Assembly: GCF_006345805.1 (NCBI RefSeq)
Contig: NC_043013.1
Coordinates: 58,032,001-58,096,000, forward strand
DNA length: 64,000 nt
Origin: Octopus sinensis
Lineage: Eukaryota
Reading direction: 5' to 3'
In this document: positions 51,641 to 63,288 of the stretch, piece by piece
How positions within the stretch are numbered: the first letter of the stretch is position 1
How the letters are laid out: every line of letters starts with the position of its first letter
Notes under the pieces: generated by a model
Told to the model about the DNA's origin: nothing
The model's database searches: none
The model's input: the letters and a program-made list of their open reading frames with translations, nothing else
Translations under genes and position numbers: made by a program

Positions 51641-51644
<4 letters not shown>
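50808..51644 (+). mobile_element. Retrozyme-like / non-autonomous PLE-type element: ~1.4 tandem copies of a 593-nt non-coding unit
   Basis: Direct repeats 50808-51052 and 51401-51644 (period 593, 2 differences seen). Both ends abut (TA)n. No ORF of 60 aa or more in the track. A hammerhead spans the junction. Confidence 0.75.
51357..51456 (+). ncRNA. Type I hammerhead ribozyme motif with fully canonical core and extended stem II
   Basis: Stem I UCUACG/CGUAGA (6 bp); CUGAAGA 51363-51369; stem II GAAA/UUUC + AAGUUUU/AAAACUU + AGAAUUA/UAAUUCU; GAAAC 51439-51443; stem III AC-GUGC-GU; GUC cleavage triplet 51448-51450. Confidence 0.85.
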
Positions 51645-51688
<44 letters not shown>

Positions 51689-51899
51689 CCTAACATCTTT
51701 AGTGTACAGCTCCGTAGAACATTCACTACTTTCCGCCAGAAAATTACAATTACGCACCCTATATCATATTATAGAGACTTTTTCTGCACGTCTCTCTTTA
51801 CTTAAACAAATGAATACTCTGTAATAAAATCCCCCCCCTCTCTCTCTCTCAACCTTACTTGTTTGGTATGTTTAATTTAAGGTTTAGGTTGGTTTGTTT

Positions 51900-53035
51900 C
51901 ATAATGCTCCCGGCTTTTGTAATTTCTGTAGTTTTTAGTCTACGCCACCTGCAACGATTCGTGGACGGTGAGCGTGTGTGAACTCCGTTTGTAAGGCTCC
52001 TCTTTTCGCAGCTCGTCTCCTTGACGGAGCTCCAGCCCTGGGTGAAGAAAAGACCGAGACTAGGTGCCTGGTATCTAGAATGTCGTCAGGCATCACAGCT
52101 CTCTTCCAGTTGGACAACAGGATCGGTAGATGTTCCGCTTTGCAAATTTATAGAGGAATTAGTGGCGGGGAAGTGTGACGAAAACAAACTTTCTAAGTCT
52201 GTTCTGAAGGATTTTTCAGTTGGGAACTATCATGGATAATTTCTAGATGTTCTTGGCTTGGCATTGCCACAAAGGGGCACCTTATGGCTTCGAGATAAAA
52301 TCTACAGGAACGAATGTGCTGTCAGACGGGCTTGTCCGAAGTGCCTGCAAAGAGGCGAAACCGTTTTGCACGCACTTGTTCACTGTCCGAACACTGCTGA
52401 CTTGTGGGGTTATGTCGAACAGCTGCTGTCACGTGTAGTACGGATGCGTCTATAAGCTGAGTCTGTAGTGATGATTGCGCCACTGCTCTCCTTCAATCGG
52501 ACAGGCAAGGCAGTTTTCCTTTGCCTGGTGGTTGTAGCGAGCGACTTGTTTGATGGACAGAGCTCTCCTTCACCTCTTCAAGTTACACTTGAAAAAGAGA
52601 TTGAAAGCGGAGAGGAAAGTATTGTCCTCCAGTGAGTTTATTGAAAGGTAGATGAATGATGCGAAAATGACAAGACTTGTCATTTTCGCATCATTCATCC
52701 ACTCTTGTCCAAAGAGTGAATGGTACGTCTCTAAGTGTAGACTTGTGAGTCGGAGAGAAGCAACTGGGGAGGACACTTGCTCTTGGTGTTCAGGGAAATC
52801 TCGGACAGTAGAGTTCCTTGATTATCCTTAGACGTCAAACTGTATCAGGAGGGCTACATCAATATCACCCTCCCTCATCCTTCATTTTGACCTTTGTGTG
52901 CTGTATATATGTTCCTTTGCATTGTATACCGTGTACATTTACGTTGTTTTCATTCCTTTCATTATATGCTAACCCCAACACTATGTGTTTGTCTTTGTAC
53001 TGTTCCCATCTCCTTTACCCGGTGGCAAATAAATG
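51900..53035 (+). mobile_element. L1/Tx1-like LINE 3' remnant (zf-RVT region + 3' UTR)
   Basis: LWLRDKIYRN..RACPKCLQRGETVLHALVHCP..LWGYVEQLL. It ends near aataaa at ~53030. Confidence 0.7.
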
Positions 53036-53057
53036 AAATCATCATCACAATTATTAC

Positions 53058-53097
<40 letters not shown>

Positions 53098-53233
53098 GAG
53101 TGAGAGAGCAGTGCATGCCATCAAAGTGACACTGGGGTAAAATATACGAAGCCCAATATACCCATCATGACTACCCGTCTGATAAAGGTACACCAGGCAC
53201 ATGCATCACAACCATATGTGCGCGACATGGTGA

Positions 53234-53234
<1 letters not shown>
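53098..53234 (-). mobile_element. 137-bp non-coding insertion embedded in (TAA)n; probable 3' end of a TAA-targeted SINE or LINE
   Basis: A unique sequence lies between two (TTA)n tracts. On the - strand it ends ...gcactgctctctcactc followed by (aat)n, like the neighbouring R4/Dong elements. Confidence 0.5.
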
Positions 53235-53295
<61 letters not shown>

Positions 53296-53326
53296 TATTA
53301 TTATTATTATTATTACTGTTGTTGTT

Positions 53327-54417
53327 GCCTTTGCACAGCTTTTAACGCTGGAGATATTCTACGGTTTCAGCAGTTCACCTCTTATTTTTCGAGCAGCTTC
53401 TGGAGTATTCTGGCGGTTCCAAGCGGTGATGTTTTCTGCAAGTGCTCCACTCTTATTGCAGCCCTTATTTGTTCCATGTACTTCTCGAGATTTTTGTTCA
53501 CTGTTTCCAGCCACCATTTTCATCGACTACAACTGCTTAAACTCCCAAGCTAACCTGTCATATCTCTCGATTTTTCTTTCTTCCTTATCGCATACCTTGT
53601 TGTCAGCTGGGAATGCTATATCTATGATCCAGCATTGTTTGTTTTCTTTCTCAATAAAGACTATGTCTGGCTTCCTATTCTCCATCTCATGGTCGCACTG
53701 AATCATAAAATCCCATAGGATCTTTGCATTTCTATTTTCGACGATACCTTCAGGTTTGTGGTCGTACCAATTTTTGGCTCTGTCAAGTCCATACTTGTTG
53801 CAAGAGTGTCCAATGAACAAGCCTTGCTATATTGTCGTGGAGTCTCTTATATTCCTTCTGGGCTAGTGGCGTTTATTGGCTGGTAATATGACATATGGCT
53901 TCACCGTTTTGTCCACAAATTCTGCAGTTATCACTTTCTGATGTGTTGTCTATTCTGTATTTTATGTAGTTTGTTCTTAGTGCTTGCTCTTGGGCAGCAC
54001 AGATTAGAGCCTCCGTTTTCGGTTTCATATCACTTTGAGTCATCCATAGCCATCTTTTTCTCTGTCTGTCTTATCTTCAACATCCCTATGAAATTGACCA
54101 TACATTCTTTTCTTTACCCACCTATTTTCAGTTTCATTCGTTTTCAGTTTCTTGTACAGTGCTTTATGTTTGAAATCTTTCATCCTACACAAGCCTGAAC
54201 TTCCTACGTCTAGTACTAGCGGTTCTGTGACATTTTTTACATACCATGCTATGTTGTTTTCTTCTGTAATAATGCTGTGTTAGCATCCAATAAGTCCTCT
54301 TCCCCTTCTTTTTCTTGGTACATACAGTCTAATTTCCACTTAAGGATCAGTCTCAGTCTGCGCAATTACTCCACCTTAAATTTTTCTGTCATTTCCTTCT
54401 CCATGAATTTATCCGTT
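53327..54417 (-). mobile_element. R4/Dong-type LINE 3' fragment, decayed
   Basis: PEGIVENRNAKILWDFMIQCDHEMENRKPDIVFIEKENKQCWIIDIAFP..KYD-like. (TAA)n on both flanks. Confidence 0.85.
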
Positions 54418-54432
54418 TATTATTATTATTTT

Positions 54433-54474
<42 letters not shown>

Positions 54475-54482
54475 GATTATTA

Positions 54483-54544
<62 letters not shown>

Positions 54545-57352
54545 TATGTTTGACTTTTGCTTTATATTTGTACAAGTTGGCTCCAAGTCTCACCCAGAGA
54601 CCTCAAGAGACCTCAAGGTTGGAAGTTCATGTTATTGTTATGCCTAGTGTGCTATATATTTGGGGGGTTTTTTGGTGTTGTACTAGTAAATGTCCACAAA
54701 AAAACGAAAATTATGTTTGTTTTAAACCCTGAGATTACATAGAAAGTATTTTGCGTAGGATATGAGCAGTTCCCATGAGTACTATCTTTTGAATTTCTGC
54801 CATTTTGGGGTTTCCTGGTATCTGAGTTAGGTAGCAATCAGCCCCTTTCGCTATCATTCCCAGGGCACCTACGACAACAGGTATTGTTTTAGTCTTCAGG
54901 TTCCACATTTTGCTGATTTCTATTTCAAGATCTTTATATTTGCTCAGGTTTTGGTAGGTCTTGACAAATACGTTTATATCAATTGGGACAGTCATATCAA
55001 TGAGGAGGCATGTTCTTTGTCTGAAGTCTTTCAATATGATGTCTGGCCTATTTGCATCTATCTTTCTGTCAGTTTGAATGGTGAAGTTCCAGAGGAGTGA
55101 GATGTGGTCATTTTCAAGCACTGGAGGTGGTTTGTGTTGCCACCAGTTTTTTTCATGGGGCAAATCCAGGTTTTTGCAAATTACCCTGTGAATATATTGT
55201 GCAGCTCTATCATGCCTGTTGAGATACTCTGTAGGCGCTAGAAGACTGCACTTGGAGACAACATGATCAATGGTTTCATTTTGTTGTTGACATACACGAC
55301 ATGTTGGGCTACTGCCGTTCTTTAATATGTTGGCCTGGTAGTTTCTTGTTGGTAGGCATTGATCTTGAGCTGCTATGATAAACCCTTATGTTTCAGATGT
55401 TAGGCCAGGGGCCATTAGCCATTGATGGGTCAGGGCTTTGTCAACATCTGCATTATTCGTTCTCTTTGGGTATTTGCCCTAGAGAGGTTTTTCTTGCCAT
55501 TTATCATTCAAAATATCTAAGGCCGCAGTTTTAGCACGGGTTTTCATGCGCTTAGCCTTTTCTGTGCCTGTTTCTTGTATGTCTATCTCTAATTTCGAAT
55601 GTGTTGTATTCGGAATTCACTTAGATAATCCTTTGCCTGTTTTGTGACTGAGTATGATGCTTTCTTGTTTTCATGTTTTGAGACAATTTTTAACATCCAA
55701 TCCTCAGGGTTTTTCAGGTAGGTGTCTAGGCCAATTGTAGCAATCTTCATTGTTATTGCCAGTTGCAAAAGAACACGGCCTCTCTCTTTTCTTGGCAGAT
55801 AAACTCGTTCTGTATCTGCCTTAGGGTGGTGCATTCTATGTTTTTCGTATTTTTCTGTCAAGATTACATATTTCAGTAATTGTCCAGTTAACGGTATTGA
55901 AACTGTAAGTCACAACTGGTATGGCTAAAGCATTGATCGCTTCGATCCTGTTTCTCGCATTCAGCTCTGTCTTGAGTATTGCTCTTACTCTGCGATAACA
56001 TTCTCTCCTGATCCTTTCCTTCATCTCTGAATGCCTTATTCCGTCCCCTTCAATTACCTCTAGGTACTTGTAGCTCTCCGCTGGGTCTAATTCTTTTATG
56101 ACATTCTGCTGGTCAAGGTTAACGTTAGATGTTTCTGCCATTTTCCTTTGATAAAGGTAGCTTTTGCACATTTATCGAGGCCAAATTGCATTCTGATGTC
56201 ATCACTGAATTGTTTAACAATCTCTAGTAAGCCCTTGAGTTGTTGGTCATTTTTTACAAAGAGCTTTAAATCATCCATGTAAATGAGATGATTTATATTT
56301 TTATCAAACATTTTATATCTGTACCGCGCATCATTGAGCAATTTTGAGAGAGGTATCAAGGCTAAACAAAAGGGGAGCGGTGATAGTGAGTCACCTTGGA
56401 AAATGCTACATGAAATTTTACATCACCAGCATTTAGAGATTCATTGTCACTGTTCAAAGTTAGTGTGGTTCTCCATGATCTCATACTTACAGACAAAAGG
56501 TTTCGCAGAGTAGGTGCTATTTTATACATTTCCAGGCATTTCTTAATCCAGCTATGTGGTAGGCTATCAAAAGCCTTTTTATAGTTTATCCACGCTATTG
56601 ATAAGTTTTTGTGTCGTTTGTGACAATCTTCTAAGATCATCTTATTGATGAGTAGTTGATCTTTACAACCATAGGATCCACGTTTACATCCTTTCTGTTC
56701 ATTAGGGAATATGCTGCTGTCTATTAAAAAACTTTAGGTATATTCCGTCAGGACAGACGTTAGCGTTTTATACATAGTTGTTAAGCAGGTTATGGGTCTA
56801 TAGGTTTTTTTGGTTCATTTGTTTCTTCACTTTTTGGAAGCAGGAATGTTAGCAGTTCATGGCTCTCTGGGAAGGCATTCAACCAGAAGTTAGGAATTTT
56901 ATCCTTTCCTGGAGACTTCCATTTGCTTGACCTCCTGAGAGCAGATCTTATATCTTCTACCTTGACACCCTCCCACTTTTGTTCTTCTAAGGAATCCAGT
57001 TCTGTATATATTCTATCAATCCAGGGGCCTTTTCGTTGTGTATTTTTTCTTCTGCCCAAATTTTATTCCAAAATCCCTGCACTTCTTCTTTTGATGGTAC
57101 AGACTTTACAGTAACTGGTGTTTTTCCTATCTTCCTGTAAAAAGTTTTTGGGTTATTTTTTAACATGTTGTTGTCTTTGAAAAATCTAACACGCTTTTCA
57201 TACCGCGCTATGCGGGCAGCTTTAGCAGATACCTTTTGCTTGATAGTTTCTATGGTGGCATCAATATCAAGTATAGTTTTCATTTTATATTTTTTCATTA
57301 ATTTTGGGGTTTTTGTAGGTTTCGTTGTCGTATCAACCTTAAGGTTTTTCAA
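54545..57352 (-). mobile_element. R4/Dong-type LINE (RT + RLE), 5'-truncated with multiple frameshifts
   Basis: [70 protein letters not shown]. (TAA)n on both flanks. Confidence 0.92.
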
Positions 57353-57377
57353 ATATTATTATTATTATTATTATTCG

Positions 57378-60237
57378 GTAGTTTTATTTTTATAGCGTGC
57401 TTTCACTTCACTACCGAGCGCAGCTCTGTGTGCCTTGGGTATGTGCTGTGATTTGTTGTGATGCTCTGATGGTTATTGTATGGAAAGTGTTCTGCGTAGG
57501 ATGTGTGCAGTGCCTAGTAGTGCAATTTTCTGTATGTTATATGTGTTTGTAAGTCCTGGTGTTTTTGTTATGTATTTGTCTGAATATTTTTTATCATGCC
57601 TAATGCACCTACTATGATAGGAATTGTTTCTGTTTTCAGATTCCACATTCTAGTTACCTCTATTTCCAGGTCTTTGTATTTTGAGAGTTTCTCCATTTCT
57701 TTTAGAGACACGTTGTCATCAGCCGGTATTGATACATCAATTAGAAAGCATTTTTTTTCTTCATGGTCTCTGACAACTATATCTGGTCTGTTGGCCTTAA
57801 TTTCTCTGTCTGTGTGTATCGGCATATCACAGAGTATGGTTGCTTTCTCGTTTTCTGTGACCTTTTCTGGTGTGTGCCTATACCATCTTTTTTCTGTTGT
57901 TATTCCATAATGTTGGCATAGCGTCCAATGTATGTAGGTTCCAACTCTGTCATGTCTGTGAATATATTCCTTCTTAGCCAGGACTGGGCAGCTAGAGATA
58001 ATATGATTTATTGTTTCTTGTCCATCTCCACATATTCTGCAGTTACTTGTAATATTTCTTTTCATGACATGTTTTTGGTAATTTCTGGTGGGGAGGCTTT
58101 GGTCTTGTGCTGCAATTAAAAATCCCTCTGTTTCTGCTTTGAGTCCTGAGCTTCTCAACCATTGCTGGGATTTTTCTTTGTCTATTTCTTTTGCGTTTAG
58201 TTTAGTCCAGTATTTACCATGAAGGGGCTTTTCTTGCCATCGTTTTATCATGGTTCGTTGCTGTTCTATTTTTAGTTTGGATTTCATTTGTTTTATAGCT
58301 TTTGTTGTTTCTCCATCTTCTTCTTCTTCTTCTTCGTGTTTATTAGGTGGTATGATTTCTTGTTTGTATTTGTCAGCTTCCTTAAATACTGAGAACAGTT
58401 TTTTGTTTTGCTCGTGTTTTGCCGCTATCTGGATCAGTTTTCCTTCCTTTTGAAGTAGATATTTTTGCAGTCCTATGGTGGTTATTTTATAGTAGTTTTC
58501 CAGCTGTATAAGGCCTCTAACACCTTCTATACGTTGTATATATAGTCTTTCTATGTCAGATTTTGGGTGATGCATCCAAGATCCTGTCATTATTTTTCTT
58601 GTTTTCCTATCTATTTTGGTCAGTTCATTTCGTGTCCAGTTAAGGATATTGTAGCTGTAACTTATAACTGGGACAGCTAAAGTGTTGATACCTATTATCT
58701 TGTTTTTAGCATTGAGCTCTGTGTTTAGTATTGATCTAACTCGTCTATAATATTCTTTTTTTATTTTCTCTTTCATTTGTGTGTGTTGTGTCTTATCTAG
58801 TTCATGGATTCCTAAGTATTTGTAAGTTTGGCTTTGGTCTAATTCTTTTATTTCATTGGTTTTATCTAGTGTGATGTTGTTACTCTTAACTAGTTTTCCT
58901 CTTTTCAGGGTTACTTTGGCGCATTTTTCTAATCCAAATTTCATATCTATTTCTTTGGTAAATCCATGAACTCTCTTTAATAGTGTTTCCAGCTGTTTGC
59001 AGCGTATAGTTTTAGGTCATCCATATATAAAAGGTGGCTGATCGTTTTGCCGTAACATTTATATCCGCATCCAGTTCTATTTAGCATATCAGATAGAGGT
59101 GACAGTGCCAAGCAGAAAAGGAGTGGAGAGAGCGTGTCTCCCTGGAATATTCCTCTTCTAATGGGGATGTCTTTGGTTTTCATGAGTCCCTCTTTTGTTT
59201 GGAGGTGTAGGACTGTTTGCCATTTATTCATAGAGTGCTCTATGAATTTTATGATTGTTGGTGTTACTTTGTTAATGGCTAGTGTTTCGAGGATCCATGT
59301 GTGGGGGATGCTATCAAACGCCTTTTTGTAGTCAATCCAGGCCATACTGAGGCCTTTCTTCTTTCTGTGGCTGTCTTCAGTTACGGCTTTATTAATCATT
59401 AGTTGATTTTTACAGCCATATGAGCCCTTGCGGCATCCTTTCTGCTCTTCTGGGAACAGTTTGTTTTCGTCCAGGTGCTTGTTCAGCCTTTGCGATATCA
59501 CTGCAGTAAATGCCTTGAACATAGTAGGGAGGCAGGTATTGGTCTGTAGTTTTCTGGTTTTGCTGTTTCATTTGATTGGGAATTAAGATGGTTTTCCCCT
59601 TCGTGAGCCATTCAGGCATTGTCTCTGGCTCTGCTAGTATGCTGTTAAAGTTTTCAGCCAGCTTTTTGTGCATTCCTGTTAGATATTTCAACCAGAAGTT
59701 GGGGATCTTGTCATGCCCAGGTGCCTTCCAGTTGCTTAGTCTTTGCAGTGCCTGGGTGACCTCTTCAGTGTTATGGGGGTCCAAAGTTGTTCAGATGCCG
59801 AGTTTGTTATTTTGATACTCCTTTTTTTTGGTGGTTCGTTCGCCGACCATATTTCTCTCCAGAATTCTTCCAATTCTTCTGCAGTTGGTGCTGCAGTGAC
59901 TTCTATTTTATTTTTGCCCAGTTCTTGGTAGAACTTTTTGTTTTCTTCAAAGAAGCGTTGGCGTTTCTTGTACCGGCGGATCCTTTGTGCTTTGGCAAGG
60001 ATATCTTGCTTCAGCTTTTCTTTTATTTCAGGCAAATCTTTCTCTGTGATGTTATATTTGCGGAGTATTTTCGTTCCCTTTTTGTTGCTCAGTAGCGTTG
60101 ATTGTTTGCTGATTTCATTAAGAATCGACAGGTCTTTTCTAATTTTTTTTATTTTGCTTTAGATGTTATTTATCCACAGGGTTTGTTTGGGTGGTGGTAC
60201 TCCTGTTTGGGCGGGTTTGGGTGAGTATCCAGCTTCT

Positions 60238-60243
<6 letters not shown>
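57378..60243 (-). mobile_element. R4/Dong-type LINE (RT + CCHC + RLE), 5'-truncated with few frameshifts
   Basis: KAPGHDKIPNFW, WIDYKKAFDSIPH, GIFQGDTLSPLLF, LLYMDDLKLY, WQEKPLHGKY, CRICG..ETINHIISSC, RPDIVVRD..FLIDVSIP. (TAA)n on both flanks. Confidence 0.93.
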
Positions 60244-60281
<38 letters not shown>

Positions 60282-60757
60282 GTGAAACCTCACAGCTTAT
60301 TTTACTGGGTATGATGAAAAGTGTCAGGTGTCCACAACCAGCAGACTAAGATGAAACTTGTTTACTGGTCATGTTCCAAGAACCTGCGAGGAATTATTGC
60401 ATAATGTATAATTTGGAACATATTTCGACTATATATGAAATGGGCGTATTGATTAAGAGAAAGCAGATATTAGTTTTGTTAGTCCTTACATCAAACGTGG
60501 ATATAAGGATGCAAACAAGTTTACAAAGATAGCATTTTCTTAGCTGCCACTTCTACAGCTTTGAACCTTTTAAACTAAATTTTGCTCGCTAGCAGCTTCT
60601 GTCTTTTATCTTCCGCTTAATTTGAAACAGATATACATATGCAGAAATACAACCTCGCATGCGCTTCTACATATATACGTACATATTCCTATGCATATAT
60701 ATAAATACATACATTCATGTATGTATATATATATTATATATATATATATTATATTAA

Positions 60758-61127
60758 ATTAGAGATAAAACCACTATTAGGCAAATCATACAATGAAAAA
60801 CTTAAGCCAATACATAAGATTATTTAATTTATATTATTTAAATATATAACAAAATTATTTAAAAAATATAATTAATATAACACTACGATCGTTTCATGGC
60901 TGTTAATTTGGATTAAACCACGCCAAGTTAAATATTTAAACCACCTGATGAATGACTGTAACTCGAATATTTAAAGAAATTAACAGCCATGAAACGATCG
61001 TAGTGTTATATTAATTATATTTTTTAAATAATTTTGTTATATATTTAAATAATATAAATTAAATAATATTATGTATTGGCTTAAGTTTTTCATTGTATGA
61101 TTTGCCTAATAGTGGTTTTATCTATAA
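60758..61127. repeat. Inverted repeat with ~150-bp arms (60758-60909 / 60977-61127) and a 67-nt spacer; inverted PLE-type terminal repeats
   Basis: The arms are reverse complements with only a few mismatches by eye. The left flank is (TA)n-rich. Confidence 0.88.
60941..61007 (+). ncRNA. Type I hammerhead ribozyme motif with canonical core
   Basis: cac-CUGAUGA(60945-51)-AUGACUGU-loop-ACAGCCAU (7 of 8 pairs)-GAAAC-GAUC-GUA-gug. Stem III is the palindrome ACGAUCGU. Predicted cleavage after 61002. Stem I is short (3 bp plus a mismatch). Confidence 0.75.
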
Positions 61128-61640
61128 TCTATATATATAAAACTGTAGTTGTGTGAGTGTCTGTCCCCTTCGATTTAGATTCCTAACTACTCCCACATTT
61201 TGCGGTGCAGTTTAACCAAATTCGGGTATCTTATAGTCATGATTCATATCGAGCCCGTCTGAGTATTAGCGCGCGTCTACGATGAGTCTACGATTTAAAA
61301 AATAATTTAACATCATTTTTTATTCCATTTTAATGCATACTTTTTCGTGTGTCGATGGCGGCGGAGTTGGCGTCCATGGTCACACCTGCACCTGTTTGCT
61401 TCTCCCCCTTCTTCCCTCCCTCGTGAAGCTTTGGGGAAGGGAGTGTAAGGAAATCAACGTCGTAAAGCGTTGTCAAGAAGACCAGCGTTCTTTTAGAACA
61501 ACGACTTCATGGCTTGAAGACACCAAAACAGAAATGGCTAAGAAAGCCCGAATTGGCATCTATAAGGGAAGTAACTCTCTAAAAATGCTTATATAGTTAT
61601 TTCCCTTACGAACCCGAGCAATGCCGGGCGATACTGCTAG
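61128..61640 (+). mobile_element. Non-autonomous Helitron-like element
   Basis: 5' a|TCtatatatataaaactg and 3' hairpin cccgagcaatgccggg followed by gCTAG|t. Confidence 0.7.
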
Positions 61641-61733
61641 TTTAATATAATATAATATTTTACTATAAAATTGGATTCAATACTAAATCTTTTTCCCTGT
61701 AAGTTTGGATTTATCCCTAATATTTATTATTAT

Positions 61734-61784
<51 letters not shown>

Positions 61785-61809
61785 AGGTTTGGAGATGATG
61801 TACAGGTAT

Positions 61810-62120
61810 TATATATTAGAAGAAATGAGGTAATCAGAAGATCGGATGGTTCATATTTATAGATATTTATTTATATATTACATTTTTTACATATATATAT
61901 CATATCATTCAGATCATATCATTCAGATTATTAGCGCTTTCTCCCATTCTAGTGGGGTTTTCAAATCAATTTGATTTCAAATCAATTTGATTTGAAAACA
62001 CCACTAGAATGGGAGAAAGCGCTAATAATCTGAATGATATGATATATATATGTAAAAAATGTAATATATAAATAAATATCTATAAATATGAACCATCCGA
62101 TCTTCTGATTACCTCATTTC

Positions 62121-62132
<12 letters not shown>
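61810..62132. repeat. ~320-bp fold-back palindrome flanked by (TA)n
   Basis: The arms are reverse complements except a 14-nt tandem duplication (catatcattcagat x2) in the left arm and a g/c mismatch near the centre. The centre is two copies of a 16-nt quasi-palindrome, tcaaatcaatttgatt. Confidence 0.9.
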
Positions 62133-62161
<29 letters not shown>

Positions 62162-62446
62162 GTCACCGGTGCTCGGCCAGGTCTGACCTTTCTTTCTTGG
62201 TTCGACTACCATCCGTGCAACATCTATATTCCTCCCTGTGCCTGTCCAATCTTATGTCCCTGCAGTAAGGCTTTACTTCCACACACGCCAGCTTAATTTA
62301 ATTGTTATGTCCTGTTATTTTTATTTGTATTTGTGTAACATTCTCTGTTTTTTCCGTCCTTGTTTTCGTATACATTCGCTGCTTTCTTCAAAGGAATCCA
62401 ATTCTCTCTTTCGCTGGCTCTCTCTCTCTCTCTCCCTCTCTCTCTT

Positions 62447-62482
<36 letters not shown>

Positions 62483-63247
62483 ATATATATAGTGTGTGTG
62501 TGTCTATATGTATATGGACATATATACATATACTACAAACATGTATATTACATAACTGTATACTTACATACATTAGTGCTAATGTTCTTCCATATATTCC
62601 TTTTTACTGATGAGACTATTTTTGAGAAGAATTAAAACTCTATACATGTTCTCCTGTGTCATTCTTCACATTACATTGTTAATATTTTCTCTATATTTTA
62701 CATAAAATTATTCGCATGCGAATATCTGCATGGAGAAACCATTCAATATTCTCGATGCAGCATTATTCAGAAACTCCTGCACACTTATTTAAAACTTTGT
62801 TGAAGGTTTAATTTCAATTTTGTAATTCTTGAATGGATTAAAATATCTTTGTTTTTAAAAACAATGTTGAGCTTTCATAAAATGTGGTTTCCATTGAAAT
62901 TCTTCATTTTGTAAAGCAAAAACAACGATATTACATTAGTTTACACTGTTCTCCTTTTACGGCTACCATCATGCTCAATTTAACATAATCTGCTATCATC
63001 TTGTAGTTTTAGACTTAACAACAATATGCTTGCAAAGGTCGAGGCAACTTTTAGAATTCGCTGATTGTATTATATTTTGTGCAAACTCTCATTAAAATTT
63101 GTTCATAATACAAAAGATACCTATGTACGTACATATATATATGTATATGTATATGTACATGGATATATGTGTATATATATGTGTGTGTATGTTGTGTATA
63201 TGTATATATATATTACAATTATTTACAATTATCAAGTACTCACCCTG

Positions 63248-63288
<41 letters not shown>

